DNA from: Laetmonice hystrix
Lineage: Eukaryota
Reading direction: 5' to 3'
NCBI GenBank assembly: GCA_965235115.1
Contig: OZ249436.1
Span: 14,508,001-14,572,000, forward strand
Length of the DNA stretch: 64,000 nt
Shown here: in pieces, positions 16,483 through 27,472 of the stretch
Numbering within the stretch: position 1 is the stretch's first letter
How the letters are laid out: every line of letters starts with the position of its first letter
The notes under the pieces: model-generated
The model's input: only the letters and a program-made list of their open reading frames with translations
Database searches by the model: none
What the model was told of the DNA's origin: nothing
Made by a program: the position numbers and the translations under genes

Positions 16483-19041
16483 CTATAGGTAAGCCTCAGC
16501 TGCTTGTGATAAGATTCTCATGATTGGCTTGTAGTATGTTCGATCTTTATCCATGAGGTCAAAGCAAACATCATGATGTCCACAGCCTGGGAGACGATAC
16601 TCGATGACCTGTGAACCCATTTCTGAAACAGCTGCACTGAACTTCTCTGAAGAGGAGGTCGGCACAATGTAGTCTCCATCCCCATGGACCAGCAACACAG
16701 GTGGGAACCTATAAATCATAAATATTTAATGAAGCATACAATGAAAAATCAACATCATAGATCTCCAAGTCTAAGGTGTTACCTGAAACGGTTTACATTC
16801 AAGTCACTACATTGGGAGGATCTGTAACTGATATCATATGGATATGTTGTTTTGTTTTACTGTACCTGGTCCTGTGTGGCAGGGTGGCAATGATCTGGGT
16901 TGGGGAGAATCGGTGGAAGTGTTCTGGTCCATACATAGCCTTGTGCATGGGAGACAGGTCCTCTACGCCCCGCATCCTCTCATGGTCATAGTGGTCTACA
17001 ATGTCATACACGCCAGCAAAACCTGCAGGAAACAGAACTTCAATCAAATTTTAACTCAAAAGGTTTGGGTTTCTTATTATTTAAAATATGCACTAATAAT
17101 TAATAAAAGAATGGGACACTTAACTAACAACAAATGTTCCTGTGGACTTGTCAAACTGGTAGACTACTTGCTTGATGAAGGATTATGAAGTGACTCACCA
17201 ACAATGCAGTGGATGCAGGAAAGGATATCCCTGACCTCCCTCTGAGATCGGGTCATGGTGTCATCATCCTCAATCACCAGCTCATGTTTCATCCCACTTT
17301 CTCCATGTGACTCCTTTAATCCTATCGTATCGGCATCAGATTTCATCTCTGAGGCTTCCACCTTTCTTTCAGCTTCAGTTTCTTCGTTAGTCGAGGTATC
17401 TTCTGATCTGGCCCTTGTGGCTTCGTCCTGTCTATTATCTGACATTTCTCGCTCTTCATCCAGTTCCGATACCTCAAGTATCTCCAAGCTCTTCCCATTA
17501 CTGCTGCCATTCCCTTCTGCATCTTCAGCTCCCTGCTGAACCATGAAGAAAGACTCAGCACCACCACTAGCAGCACTGGGATCCTTCTCACCATTACCAA
17601 CAATACAGAAGGACCCAGTTGTATTCTCTGGAGCCAGCACTTGTGGTTTTGGGGCAGCTGCACCATTCTGATCACTACCCTCACTTCCACTCTGACTGCT
17701 TCTGTCAAAATGGCGGTCTTCAAATTTGATTGATCCCACGGCACTATTAGATGGCTGTGACCTGAACATGGATGACAAGAGCAGTGTGCTCCCAGCCAGG
17801 GACTCAGTTAGGCTCTCAGGGGGAGGAGTAACATCACCTTCAGCACGGATTATTGCCTGGGGATTGTGCAGGAGTCGTTTCAAAGTTAGTTCTACAGCAC
17901 CCATCACAGCCAGATGTGCACCTGACGAATGGCCCATCAACATGATACTGTGCTGGAAAGAAAACAAAAAACAATCCATGTCAAACCTAGAGATCTGATT
18001 TCTCACTAAAAAAAACTTATGACAGGATTTTCTCCCAATAATTTGATAAGCTCAACTGTACAATTATGCTTTATCTGTATTCTATACAAACCTTGTCTCC
18101 ACCATATTTGTCAATGTTGGCATGAACCCAAGCCAAACAGTCCACAACATCTTGCACCATATCATCCACATAGCCCTGAAATGTTAAAGCATTATTCTGT
18201 AGCTAAACTCCAAAACTTCTGCCTAAACCAACATCTAACTAAGTCCAAATTTCTGATGATCGAATCGAATCTTTTGACCAAGATCTTTTCTACTGAAGTA
18301 CTTTTGTTTCAAGTGTATTTTACTAAAACTTTAATTCATGTTATCTCTCCTCTATCTTCTAGCAAGATCACTAAGAAATGGAAGAAAAATTTACCCGTGG
18401 GTGTAAGGAATAATTTGGAATGCAAACAATTGCTTGAAGATTGTCTGCAATTTCCGCTCCTAGTAAGCCATACATGCTTTTATCTCCAGATCCCCATGCA
18501 CCTCCAAAGACGAACACAACTACTGGATGGGAGCTACGTTCTGTCGTGTCTGACTTGGGAAAGTACAGGTCCAACTCGTTATTGTTGCTTCCAAAGGGAA
18601 TATCCTGTCAACAAATTAAAGATAATGGTATCATAATAAAATCCTTAAGAAAATTGAATGACTTGTCAAAGTCCTTTTAAAGTGAGACCAAAATACAAGC
18701 ATTTCTTCAACTTGAAGTTCTGCTTATACATTTAAAATGGACAATAAATAACAAACGGTATCTTTTGGTATTAGAATGCTGACCTTCAAAAGTCTCATGA
18801 CCATTGCTTCTCTGTAGAATCGGCGCCATCGGAAATAGAGCTTCGCAAATCTTATATTTGATAGCTGTTGAAGAATGACATAATTCAGAGCAAGCACTTT
18901 TCGCGGTGCCAGGGCTCGCCTGTACTTGTTTGGCCCGGTTGGCCAGCCATACAACATGTGAGCCGTAAATGCCAAGGCATAAGGCACGGCCACAACTGAC
19001 GTTGCTAGGAGTAAGGACATCTTTGCTACTTCCTTCAGCAT
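16483..19041 (-). CDS. Alpha/beta-hydrolase, isoprenylcysteine alpha-carbonyl methylesterase (ICME/PCME)-like
   Basis: Exons on the minus strand: 19041(or 19020)-18784, 18604-18395 (DLYFP...VVVFVFGGAWGSGDK...IPNYSLHP), 18175-18092 (GYVDDMVQDVVDCLAWVHANIDKYGGDK), 17952-17199 (MLMGHSSGAHL + acidic insert), 17022-16866 (GFAGVYDIVDHYDHERMRGVE), 16708-16483 (LLVHGDGDYIVP...GCGHHD...AYL*). All introns are GT-AG and phases join in frame. Ser-Asp-His triad motifs are present. Confidence 0.92.
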
Positions 19042-20399
19042 TACCAAGGCTACTATCAACCTGTAAACGCAAAGTAATACATTGTCAGAGATGATTACAA
19101 GTCACATAAAATCACTTGCTATATTTCCTACCTTCCAAAACCACTATCATGAAGATAGCCTTCATCTGCTTCCCTGTACTAGGCTGTAGATCTACTACTG
19201 TTCTCTATAACTTTATCATTGTCAATTCTAGTTGTTCATCACAACATCTCCTTAAGCCAGTGCTGCATATAATGAAGTTCTGCATGATAACGTAATCATC
19301 GACATTTTGGTAACGAAAGGTGGATAGTGAAAGCAAGAAATTTCCCTCCATGCCCCCTTCCTAGGTCCAGGACATGGCAATAATAACTTATGCAATGCCA
19401 TTCATTCAAGTAGTCATAAGACAGACCTAGCTTAATATCGCCGTAATTCTCACTATCTAAAGTATCATATCACTCAACTTCTTCAAAACAAGCACAAGGA
19501 TTACCAGCTGAGGTCCAAACCCCTAGGGCATTTCCTATGACGCAAACGTTTTGTACAGACACTTAATTCAGTGCCAACCACCAGAACCTTGTACTTTCAT
19601 CTGTCAGAGGCCGCCATACTTTTATGTCATTCTATTGCACTTTTAGTTTCGTATGTTACTGCAGACTTTCTCGTGTTCGCATGTGACTGTATAATAAGAT
19701 GTCATAATTTTATTTTGAGTATCATTTTATACATTCATTATCGTTTTTATAGAGTAGACAGAGTAAGATCTCTAATCAAATTAATTTGAAGCAGTCACTG
19801 GAGCAGTGGTGCAATTTAGCACCAGGGGGCAGTTTGAGCTGGTGTGGGAGACACCCAGCACTGCTGCCCCGTCAGTGGTGGCCTTGTCCCGCTTCTAGGG
19901 CATCTAGTATGGGTACACATTCTACATCATAGATTTTCCCCCAAGTAGGCTCAGGTAACTTTTGAAAATGCTGGTGTTTGACATTTTCCTTCATTCATAA
20001 TTATACTTAGGAAATTACCCCAATTAAACCGTAGCCGTAGCCGTAGGTCAGAAGGGGAGTCCTGGCCACAAAGATCGAAAAAAAGATTTTTCGGGACGTC
20101 GGTGTTATGACACATTTATAGCATTTTTTCAGCGGCTAGAGGGTCGATATGGTCGATCAAACGAGTAACTCCAAACCTAGGCAGGTCTACCTTAATTAGC
20201 CATATATACATGTAATGACTAGCTATGCCATATTATGACATGTTGAATGTCCAAGGTCCGCGCGGGCTTTTTATTTGATTTCCCTCTGACTAGTTATAGG
20301 TACCTATATCCATGACTTCTATAGTCAACTTTAAAATCTATAAGTGGCATAATAACATTGTCGTTGACGTAACACTGTCTGTAGCTGTGCCCCTGTTTC

Positions 20400-21450
20400 C
20401 CAAGAACGCTGAACGCTCGTCAAAATCGATGAGGTCTTCTGCAGGTGCTTGTTACCGATCATCACGCTAGATGTCGCTCATGCATCTCGGCTGCAAGGCT
20501 CGGCTTCAGCAGCTGCGACTGCTGCAGTGCTGGCCGAATGCTTGGTAGACTATCATGTGAACGGCATCGGCAAGAGGGAACAGATGGGACTCCGGAAATG
20601 CATGGATAGACGCGTAAGACCAGGTATGAATCGATATTTAACAACATTATAGAGTGTAGAGTGGTGAAGTAACAATGGGAGATAGGTAAGTCGTTCGAAT
20701 ATTGACCACACCAGATTTTCCAAAGCCACCTGACGCCGACCGGGTAAGTGCAGCTGGGACCGTGCCGTCGCCATCGTGCGTCCTAATCATGGCTACGACT
20801 GGAGCAGGCCACAGCATCTGTACCAGCTGCTTTCACACGTAGCGTAAAGAGCGGCTGATACGGAATCGGGATATTATTGTCGAGATTTCCCAACTACAAA
20901 ATCACCGACGGCCGTGTGGTCTCATTGACATTATCACCCGCCGTATTTTCAGTCACTCTATCCCAGTGATAATCCCAGTGACAGCTAGTGCCGTATTTTA
21001 GCCTGGGTTGCCCGGGAGTCAGTGCCAGGGGCTGCGATGGATCCGCCGTTGACGGTGTAGCCTCTGCAGAATCCTGGACTGGAACACGCAGTGAGTGCTT
21101 TGTTTTGCCAGACGTTCCGAATCTCTGCGCGGCAGCTGTTTACCGCCAGTCAGAAATTTGCAACACTAAAATATCGCATAGACTATCTCAGGATAACTCG
21201 GGAGGCTTACTTTAGTTTAGGCCTAAAAATAATGTCTAGATCTATATGAGTATAGCCTTTTATAGGCCTACTGGAGCAGGGGCGCCACTGCGGCGCCTAT
21301 TTCAAAATGGCTTGTGGCATTCCCCTGCTACTGCAGAATCGAATGGCAAAAGCATTCAATTTCAAGATCCATGGGTATATGTAGGACTATCTATAATGTA
21401 GGCCTATACGGAACTCACGTGGTCTTCAGCTTGAAACGAATGACTTGGTA
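20400..21450 (-). promoter_or_regulatory. CpG-rich promoter / probable non-coding first exon of the ICME-like gene
   Basis: Sharp rise in CpG density upstream of the acceptor at 19060. Candidate minus-strand donors lie near 20457 (GATCG|GTAACA) and 21419 (CCAC|GTGAGT). The TSS cannot be determined. Confidence 0.45.
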
Positions 21451-24045
21451 GTCCTATAGGCTACAGTAAGATTAGTCCTTCAGGACAAGCTGAACGATGT
21501 GTATTTGAACATTTAGCGTGGCTCGATCAGGGCCTGCCAATCCCATTACCTTTAAGGGTCAATCAGTCACACACAATTAAATACCATGGAATAAAGTATG
21601 CCAGTAGTAGATGAGTGGGAAGAGCGCAGCCTAAGACCCCCTTGATATCAGTAGGCCTACTTTAACATGTGCTGAGAGCTTGTCCTACACATGCTACTCT
21701 GTCATTGATTTCCGTTTTGGCGAAATTTGTGTTTGGTTCAAAGGCTGACCATCCAGAAAATCTAAAAACCACTTTTAAATGCGACCTTTTTGTTTTTACT
21801 GGCACAAGATTTTTTTCCCTAAACTTTAATATGTAATATTATCGTTTTATTATTGACCTTCGTAGACTTTGCAATATGAAGTCAGATTTGTGTGGATCCT
21901 CGTGTGATTTGTGCAGATTTCAGTAGTCAGCAACCCCCAACCACACCCTTATCCATCTCCTACCTTGGCTCTAATCATTATCATGTAGGGCCACAGCGTG
22001 ACAGCCCTCCCTGGTTAAAAATGCCATGCATTGTGATCGGACACAGAGGTTGTGGGTCGTGGCCTGTCCAACATGGTTTTTCCATCCTCTACTCGAGCTT
22101 TCTTAATCAGGCCAGGCTACCAAGGGGTAGGGGGGGGGGGCGTTGCCACCCCAGTAATCATTGCAAAAGTGTTTTTTAAGCAGGAGGTGTCCTAATTTTC
22201 AAATGAAAGAGAAGTCGGTTTTATTTTAATATTAAACAATTCTCAACAAGCAACAACTTACGGTAACTGTTTGTAATCAATGAGGAATAATAACACCGAC
22301 GTATATTGTGGAAGGTGTACCGGTATCTGATATGAGATCAATCATGTCGCCTGGCGCTATAGGCCTATCAGTATCACTGCTTTTCAAATATTGTTTATCA
22401 TTGGTCATGGATGACTGGTTTAGGCTTCTTTTCTCATAGCAAACGTATCAAAACATTTTTTCTTTAAAGATAACCCGGAAGGGCAGTAAATTCTGTATCA
22501 AAATTTGATTTGTGCTCATAAATGTTTTTGTCAGTGTCAGCTTCTAATTATGACTTTTTCGAGCAACACGTGTGGTCAGGGAGGCTCGTCGAGTTGCAAT
22601 GGAAACACGGCAGCGGAGAGCCTTAGGTAGGAGTGCGATGAGGAATCAGAATGGGTCGATTAGTGTCATAGCCTACTGATGAGGATCAATATGAGAATTG
22701 ATTCGGTAAGCAGCTATCGAACATTAGCATTAGGAAACTACGAATGGAATACTCATGCCGGAACTGTACATTTGCTGCGGCTTTTGCCTGCCCACGTAAC
22801 GGAAATTACAAACTCACTCGTGGTGTTTGTTCGGTAATCTCTTGCTAGGAAACAATGGTTAATGGTTCTCTTAAATCTTTTTCAAAAAATGAAAGCTGAA
22901 AACAGATATAGGTAAAAATGCCGCAGTGTTCATGGTGATCAAACACGAACATTGCAAGTAACTTATCACATGCTGATGGTCAACGTGGATGTTCGACTGA
23001 TTAGTATAGGCCTAATGGGATCAAAGAATCAAAATCTTTTTGCAAAAAGGCAATGTGGCTAATGGACTTTATTTATATTTCCATAGATTTGTCTCATTGA
23101 TGAAGGTACCGGCAATCCCTTGGTATGTTCGGACCACAAGGGTCCTTGAAGGCACTGAATTTTTGTTCAATGTTGCCTTCTTCAAACACTTAGAGACATG
23201 GCCAATTATTAACATTAAATGTACTAGCCTTAAACTATGTCGTGTGTGACCCGTTCCCTTTCCAGTTTCTTTTTTTTTTGACTGCCTTGTTTTAAAGTTG
23301 TTTTAATCACATTGTTCCTGATTTTATGATCGATGCGTTGGCAAAGCAAGACCGAAAGTGCTGGTCATAAAACCGGTTTTGAAATGTAATTTACATTTCG
23401 TACTGTTTAGTGTCGATTAGCTTGGTGTGCACAGTGATACAATAGACCATTAGCAAAGGTGTGAGGCTGATTGCAGAAAGTGGCGGAAAACTTAAATTAT
23501 TAATGGTACTGCTGTGAAGCCATGTTACGGACATGCCACAGAAACTTGGAATGGAACCTGTGCATGGTAGATTTGGGAACAGCGTTGTACGTGTCAGGGT
23601 AGGTCCGGTGAGTGATTGGTCGCTTGATACCACACGAGGACCGGATACCAGTCTTTTCCGGAGATGGCAAGGGTTTTCTTAATCAGCCGGGGCGGGGCGG
23701 GGGGGGGGGGGTCGGTCTCAGAGACTCGAGCCGACAGACAGCCAACACCTGTCCTCGCTCTTCAACCGTCCTCCTCCCTCATTATATTCATCAGGGGCAT
23801 ACACAGCTGTCTTTCCATATTCCGTAATTGAAACTTTAAACAAAAATAGAAAGTTGCTCCTTACTTTTATTTAATAGGGGCCGTCCATAACTGACGTTAG
23901 ACATCTTTTTTATCATTCTATAATGATATGCCGATATCATATGGAAACCCTCCCTGCAAGGGGGTTGTGTACGCGCCTGTTCATGAAACATGTATCATTC
24001 TCATTCACTGACTCACTCCAGCATGCATCCAATTGGTTAAACATC

Positions 24046-24329
24046 CAGGGTGCCCAGCACTCCTATATTTCCTAAAAATTCCAATTTTTTACTTTTTTTG
24101 CCATCCTATAAATTCCTATATTTCGAGAAAATTCCTATAAATTCCTATACACATACATGTATACAAATATGTTTATTTGCCATTTTAGAAGCTATCATGT
24201 ACCTCGATCTTGCTATAATCGCCCATCATATGACAAAAAATTGCTCCTATATAGCCCTAGTTCTATAATTTTGGTTTGAAAATTCCTATATTCTTATCAT
24301 ATTTTTCGTGTAAACTGCTGGGCACCCTG
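24046..24329. mobile_element. hAT-like MITE with perfect 14-bp TIRs and internal AATTCCTATA repeats
   Basis: CAGGGTGCCCAGCA at 24046 and TGCTGGGCACCCTG ending 24329. Flanks AACATC / AACACC may be a degenerate 6-bp TSD. Confidence 0.8.
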
Positions 24330-25116
24330 AACACCTGTTACATTGGGTAGTATGACAAACTTGGCAATTAAGTGAAGCCTCTGTTTATCTCTGGCTCAAA
24401 AACGTTACGTGTAAAAATCTGTAAAATATAGTGTCTGTCTGTCAGTACGTGAAATAAATGTTTCTTCTTTTTATTCAGGCCATGATGGATGATTACGAAC
24501 AATTGTATCGCAAGGCAGCTAGTGAGAGATAATACTGAAATACCCTCTTCAACAGAAGACAACCATAGGTATGTTTGCCACTTTCTCCTCTCAAAATCAG
24601 TTTTAATTGTAACTACTTGCACTCTAAATTGTTCAAACTTATATTATGTCTTATTATAAATTGGCGGCAAGACTGCTGGTATGACAAATAGGGATTCTCG
24701 AGAAATGATCCTCTCTTGTACACAACTATGGTTACAACTCTTAGCATTATATTTTTCGAACTAGATAAATGAAGTATCGGTTGCTAGGGAAAATGGTAAT
24801 CTGACTTGTCGGCCTTAGGACAGAATTTTTCTACCTGTCTAAACATAGCACACACAAGAGCTATTCTCGCACGATGCTACATGAGTGCGATGTTGAATCA
24901 GTGGTAGAGGTTTGGTGAGGCGGCAGTCACCTGTACGACTGAAGGCATGAATGGAGTTTTGTCATAATGAGCACTTCGCTGTGCCTCACCTGCGGCACAC
25001 CTGTTAGTGGCCACAAACAGGCAGTTGGTCGATCTGACAATAACGGTAGTTGGTACAGTATGGAGAAGTCATGGGAGATACACTGATACCTGATCGGTCA
25101 TCGTTCTTACCCTTGT

Positions 25117-27161
25117 ACACATCCGCAATACTGAGTCTGGACTCGCTGTCGCTGAGTCTGGACTCGCCGTCGCTGAGTCTGGACTCGCCGTCGCTGAGTC
25201 TGGACTCGCCGTCGCTGAGTCTGGACTCGCCGTCGCTGAGTCTGGACTCGCCGTCGCTGAGTCTGGACTCGCCGTCGCTGAGTCTGGACTCGCCGTCGCT
25301 GAGTCTGGACTCGCCGTCGCTGAGTCTGGACTCGCCGTCGCTGAGTCTGGACTCGCCGTCGCTGAGTCTGGACTCGCCGTCGCTGAGTCTGGACTCGCCG
25401 TCACTGAGTCTGGACTCGCCGTCACTGAGTCTGGACTCGCCGTCACTGAGTCTGGACTCGCCGTCACTGAGTCTGTCTGGACTCGCCGTCACTGAGTCTG
25501 GACTCACTGTCACTGAGTCTGGACTCACTATCACTGAGTCTGGACTCACTGTCACTGAGTCTGGACTCACTATCACTGAGTCTGGACTCAATATCACTGA
25601 GTCTGGACTAGCTATCACTGAGTCTGGACTCGCTGTCACTGAGTCTGGACTCACTGTCACTGAGTCTGGACTCGCCGTCACTGAGTCCGGACTCACTGTC
25701 ACTGAGTCTGGACTCGCTATCACTGAGTCTGGACTCAATGTCATTGAGTCTGGACAGTCCGACTCACTGTCACTGAGTCTGGACTCGCCGTCACTGAGTC
25801 TGGACTCACCGTCACTGAGTCTGGACTCACCGTCACTGAGTCTGGACTCGCTATCACTGAGTCTGGACTCGCCGTCACTGAGTCTGGACTCGCTATCACT
25901 GAGTCTGGACTCGCTATCACTGAGTCTGGACTCAATATCACTGAGTCTGGACTCAATATCACTGAGTCTGGACTCAATGTCACTGAGTCTGGACTCACTA
26001 TCACTGAGTCAGGACTCGCCGTCACTGAGTCTGGACTCGCCGTCACTGAGTCTGGACTCACTATCACTGAGTCTGGACTCACTGTCACTGAGTCTGGACT
26101 CACTATCACGGAGTCTGGACTCACTGTCACTGAGTCTGGACTCACTATCACTGAGTCTGGACTCAATATCACTGAGTCTGGACTAGCTATCACTGAGTCT
26201 GGACTCGCTGTCACTGAGTCTGGACTCACTGTCACTGAGTCTGGACTCGCCGTCACTGAGTCCGGACTCGCTGTCACTGAGTCTGGACTCGCTATCACTG
26301 AGTCTGGACTCAATGTCATTGAGTCTGGACAGTCCGACTCACTGTCACTGAGTCTGGACTCGCCGTCACTGAGTCTGGACTCACCGTCAGTCACTGAGTC
26401 TGGACTCACCGTCACTGAGTCTGGACTCGCTATCACTGAGTCTGGACTCGCCGTCACTGAGTCTGGACTCGCTATCACTGAGTCTGGACTCGCTATCACT
26501 GAGTCTGGACTCAATATCACTGAGTCTGGACTCAATATCACTGAGTCTGGACTCACTGTCACTGAGTCTGGACTCGCCGTCACTGAGTCTGGACTCACTG
26601 TCACTGAGTCTGGACTCGCTATCACTGAGTCTGGACTCGCTATCACTGAGTCTGGACTTAATATCACTGAGTCTGGACTCAATGTCACTGAGTCTGGACT
26701 CGCCGTCACTGAGTCTGGACTCGCCGTCACTGAGTCTGGACTCACTATCACTGAGTCTGGACTCACTGTCACTGAGTCTGGACTCACTGTCACTGAGTCT
26801 GGACTCACTGTCACTGAGTCTGGACAGTCCGACTCACCGTCACTGAGTCTGGACTCGCCGTCGCTGAGTCTGGACTCGCCGTCGCTGAGTCTGGACTCGC
26901 CGTCACTGAGTCTGGACTCGCCGTCACTGAGTCTGGACTCGCTGTCACTGAGTCTGGACAGTCCGACTCACCGTCGCCGAGTCTGGACTCGCCGTCGCCG
27001 AGTCTGGACTCGCCGTCGCCGAGTCTGGACTCGCCGTCGCCGAGTCTGGACTCGCCGTCGCCGAGTCTGGACTCGCCGTCGCCGAGTCTGGACTCGCCGT
27101 CGCTGAGTCTGGACTTACCGTTGCTGAGTCTGGACTCAGTATCCGAATGGCGCGGATGTGT
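25117..27161. repeat. About 2-kb 21-bp minisatellite (CTGAGTCTGGACTCGCCGTCR, roughly 95 units) bracketed by inverted termini; probable non-autonomous/foldback transposon
   Basis: Array 25131-27137. ACACATCCGC at 25117-25126 and GCGGATGTGT at 27152-27161, plus ATACTGAGTC inverted at both array edges. The long ORFs at 25004-27197 are translations of the repeat. Confidence 0.9.
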
Positions 27162-27349
27162 CTCCACTTCCACACGAAAACGTTTCAGTAATATCATTGA
27201 CCTATATCGGTCACATTTTGTGCGGGGGCATAGGCCTACCTGTAGACTCTATTATCTTTGATGAGTGTATGTCGATACTCTCAATGTGTGTCACACGCTC
27301 AGTTTACTCGGTATAATATAAATGTCAAAACATTACGTAGATCTATATA

Positions 27350-27472
27350 CAGGGGTGTAGCCAGTAAAGATTGAATTTTCAATGATGAAACGGGCACATG
27401 TGCCCGGTTTTAGCTCGTCGCGGATCTCAGCCCCCCCCCCCCCCCCCTCAGAAAATCCTGGCTACACCCCTG
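27350..27472. mobile_element. MITE, 15-bp perfect TIRs, 5-bp TSD
   Basis: CAGGGGTGTAGCCAG / CTGGCTACACCCCTG. ATATA on both sides (27345-27349, 27473-27477). Internal poly-C. Confidence 0.85.

Noticed and set aside
20445-20623. + strand exon-like segment encoding ..DYHVNGIGKR.. (amidated neuropeptide-like)
   Set aside because: Single GKR site, no signal-peptide exon found, and it overlaps the likely antisense promoter.
21892-22179. MPCIVIGHRGCG, resembling the N-terminal GHRG motif of glycerophosphodiester phosphodiesterases
   Set aside because: No following PENT motif, no good splice donor and no downstream GDPD exons found; probably chance.
22676-22740. CTGATGAG followed by a stem (hammerhead-ribozyme-like); similar CTGATGA at about 39832, 42799 and 52588
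   Set aside because: Stem II is not followed by the required GAAA, and no stems I/III with an NUH site could be built.
25131-27137. CRISPR-like appearance of the arrays (also 39231-39433, 44676-45277)
   Set aside because: Head-to-tail repeats without unique spacers, no cas genes, eukaryotic context.
25004-27197. Long ORFs of SLSLDSP / SPDSVTV / SDGESRL heptads (coiled-coil- or antifreeze-like)
   Set aside because: The 21-bp unit lacks stops in several frames. Frames are broken by 4- and 8-bp indels and TAG variants, variation follows CpG decay, and there is no splice or start context.
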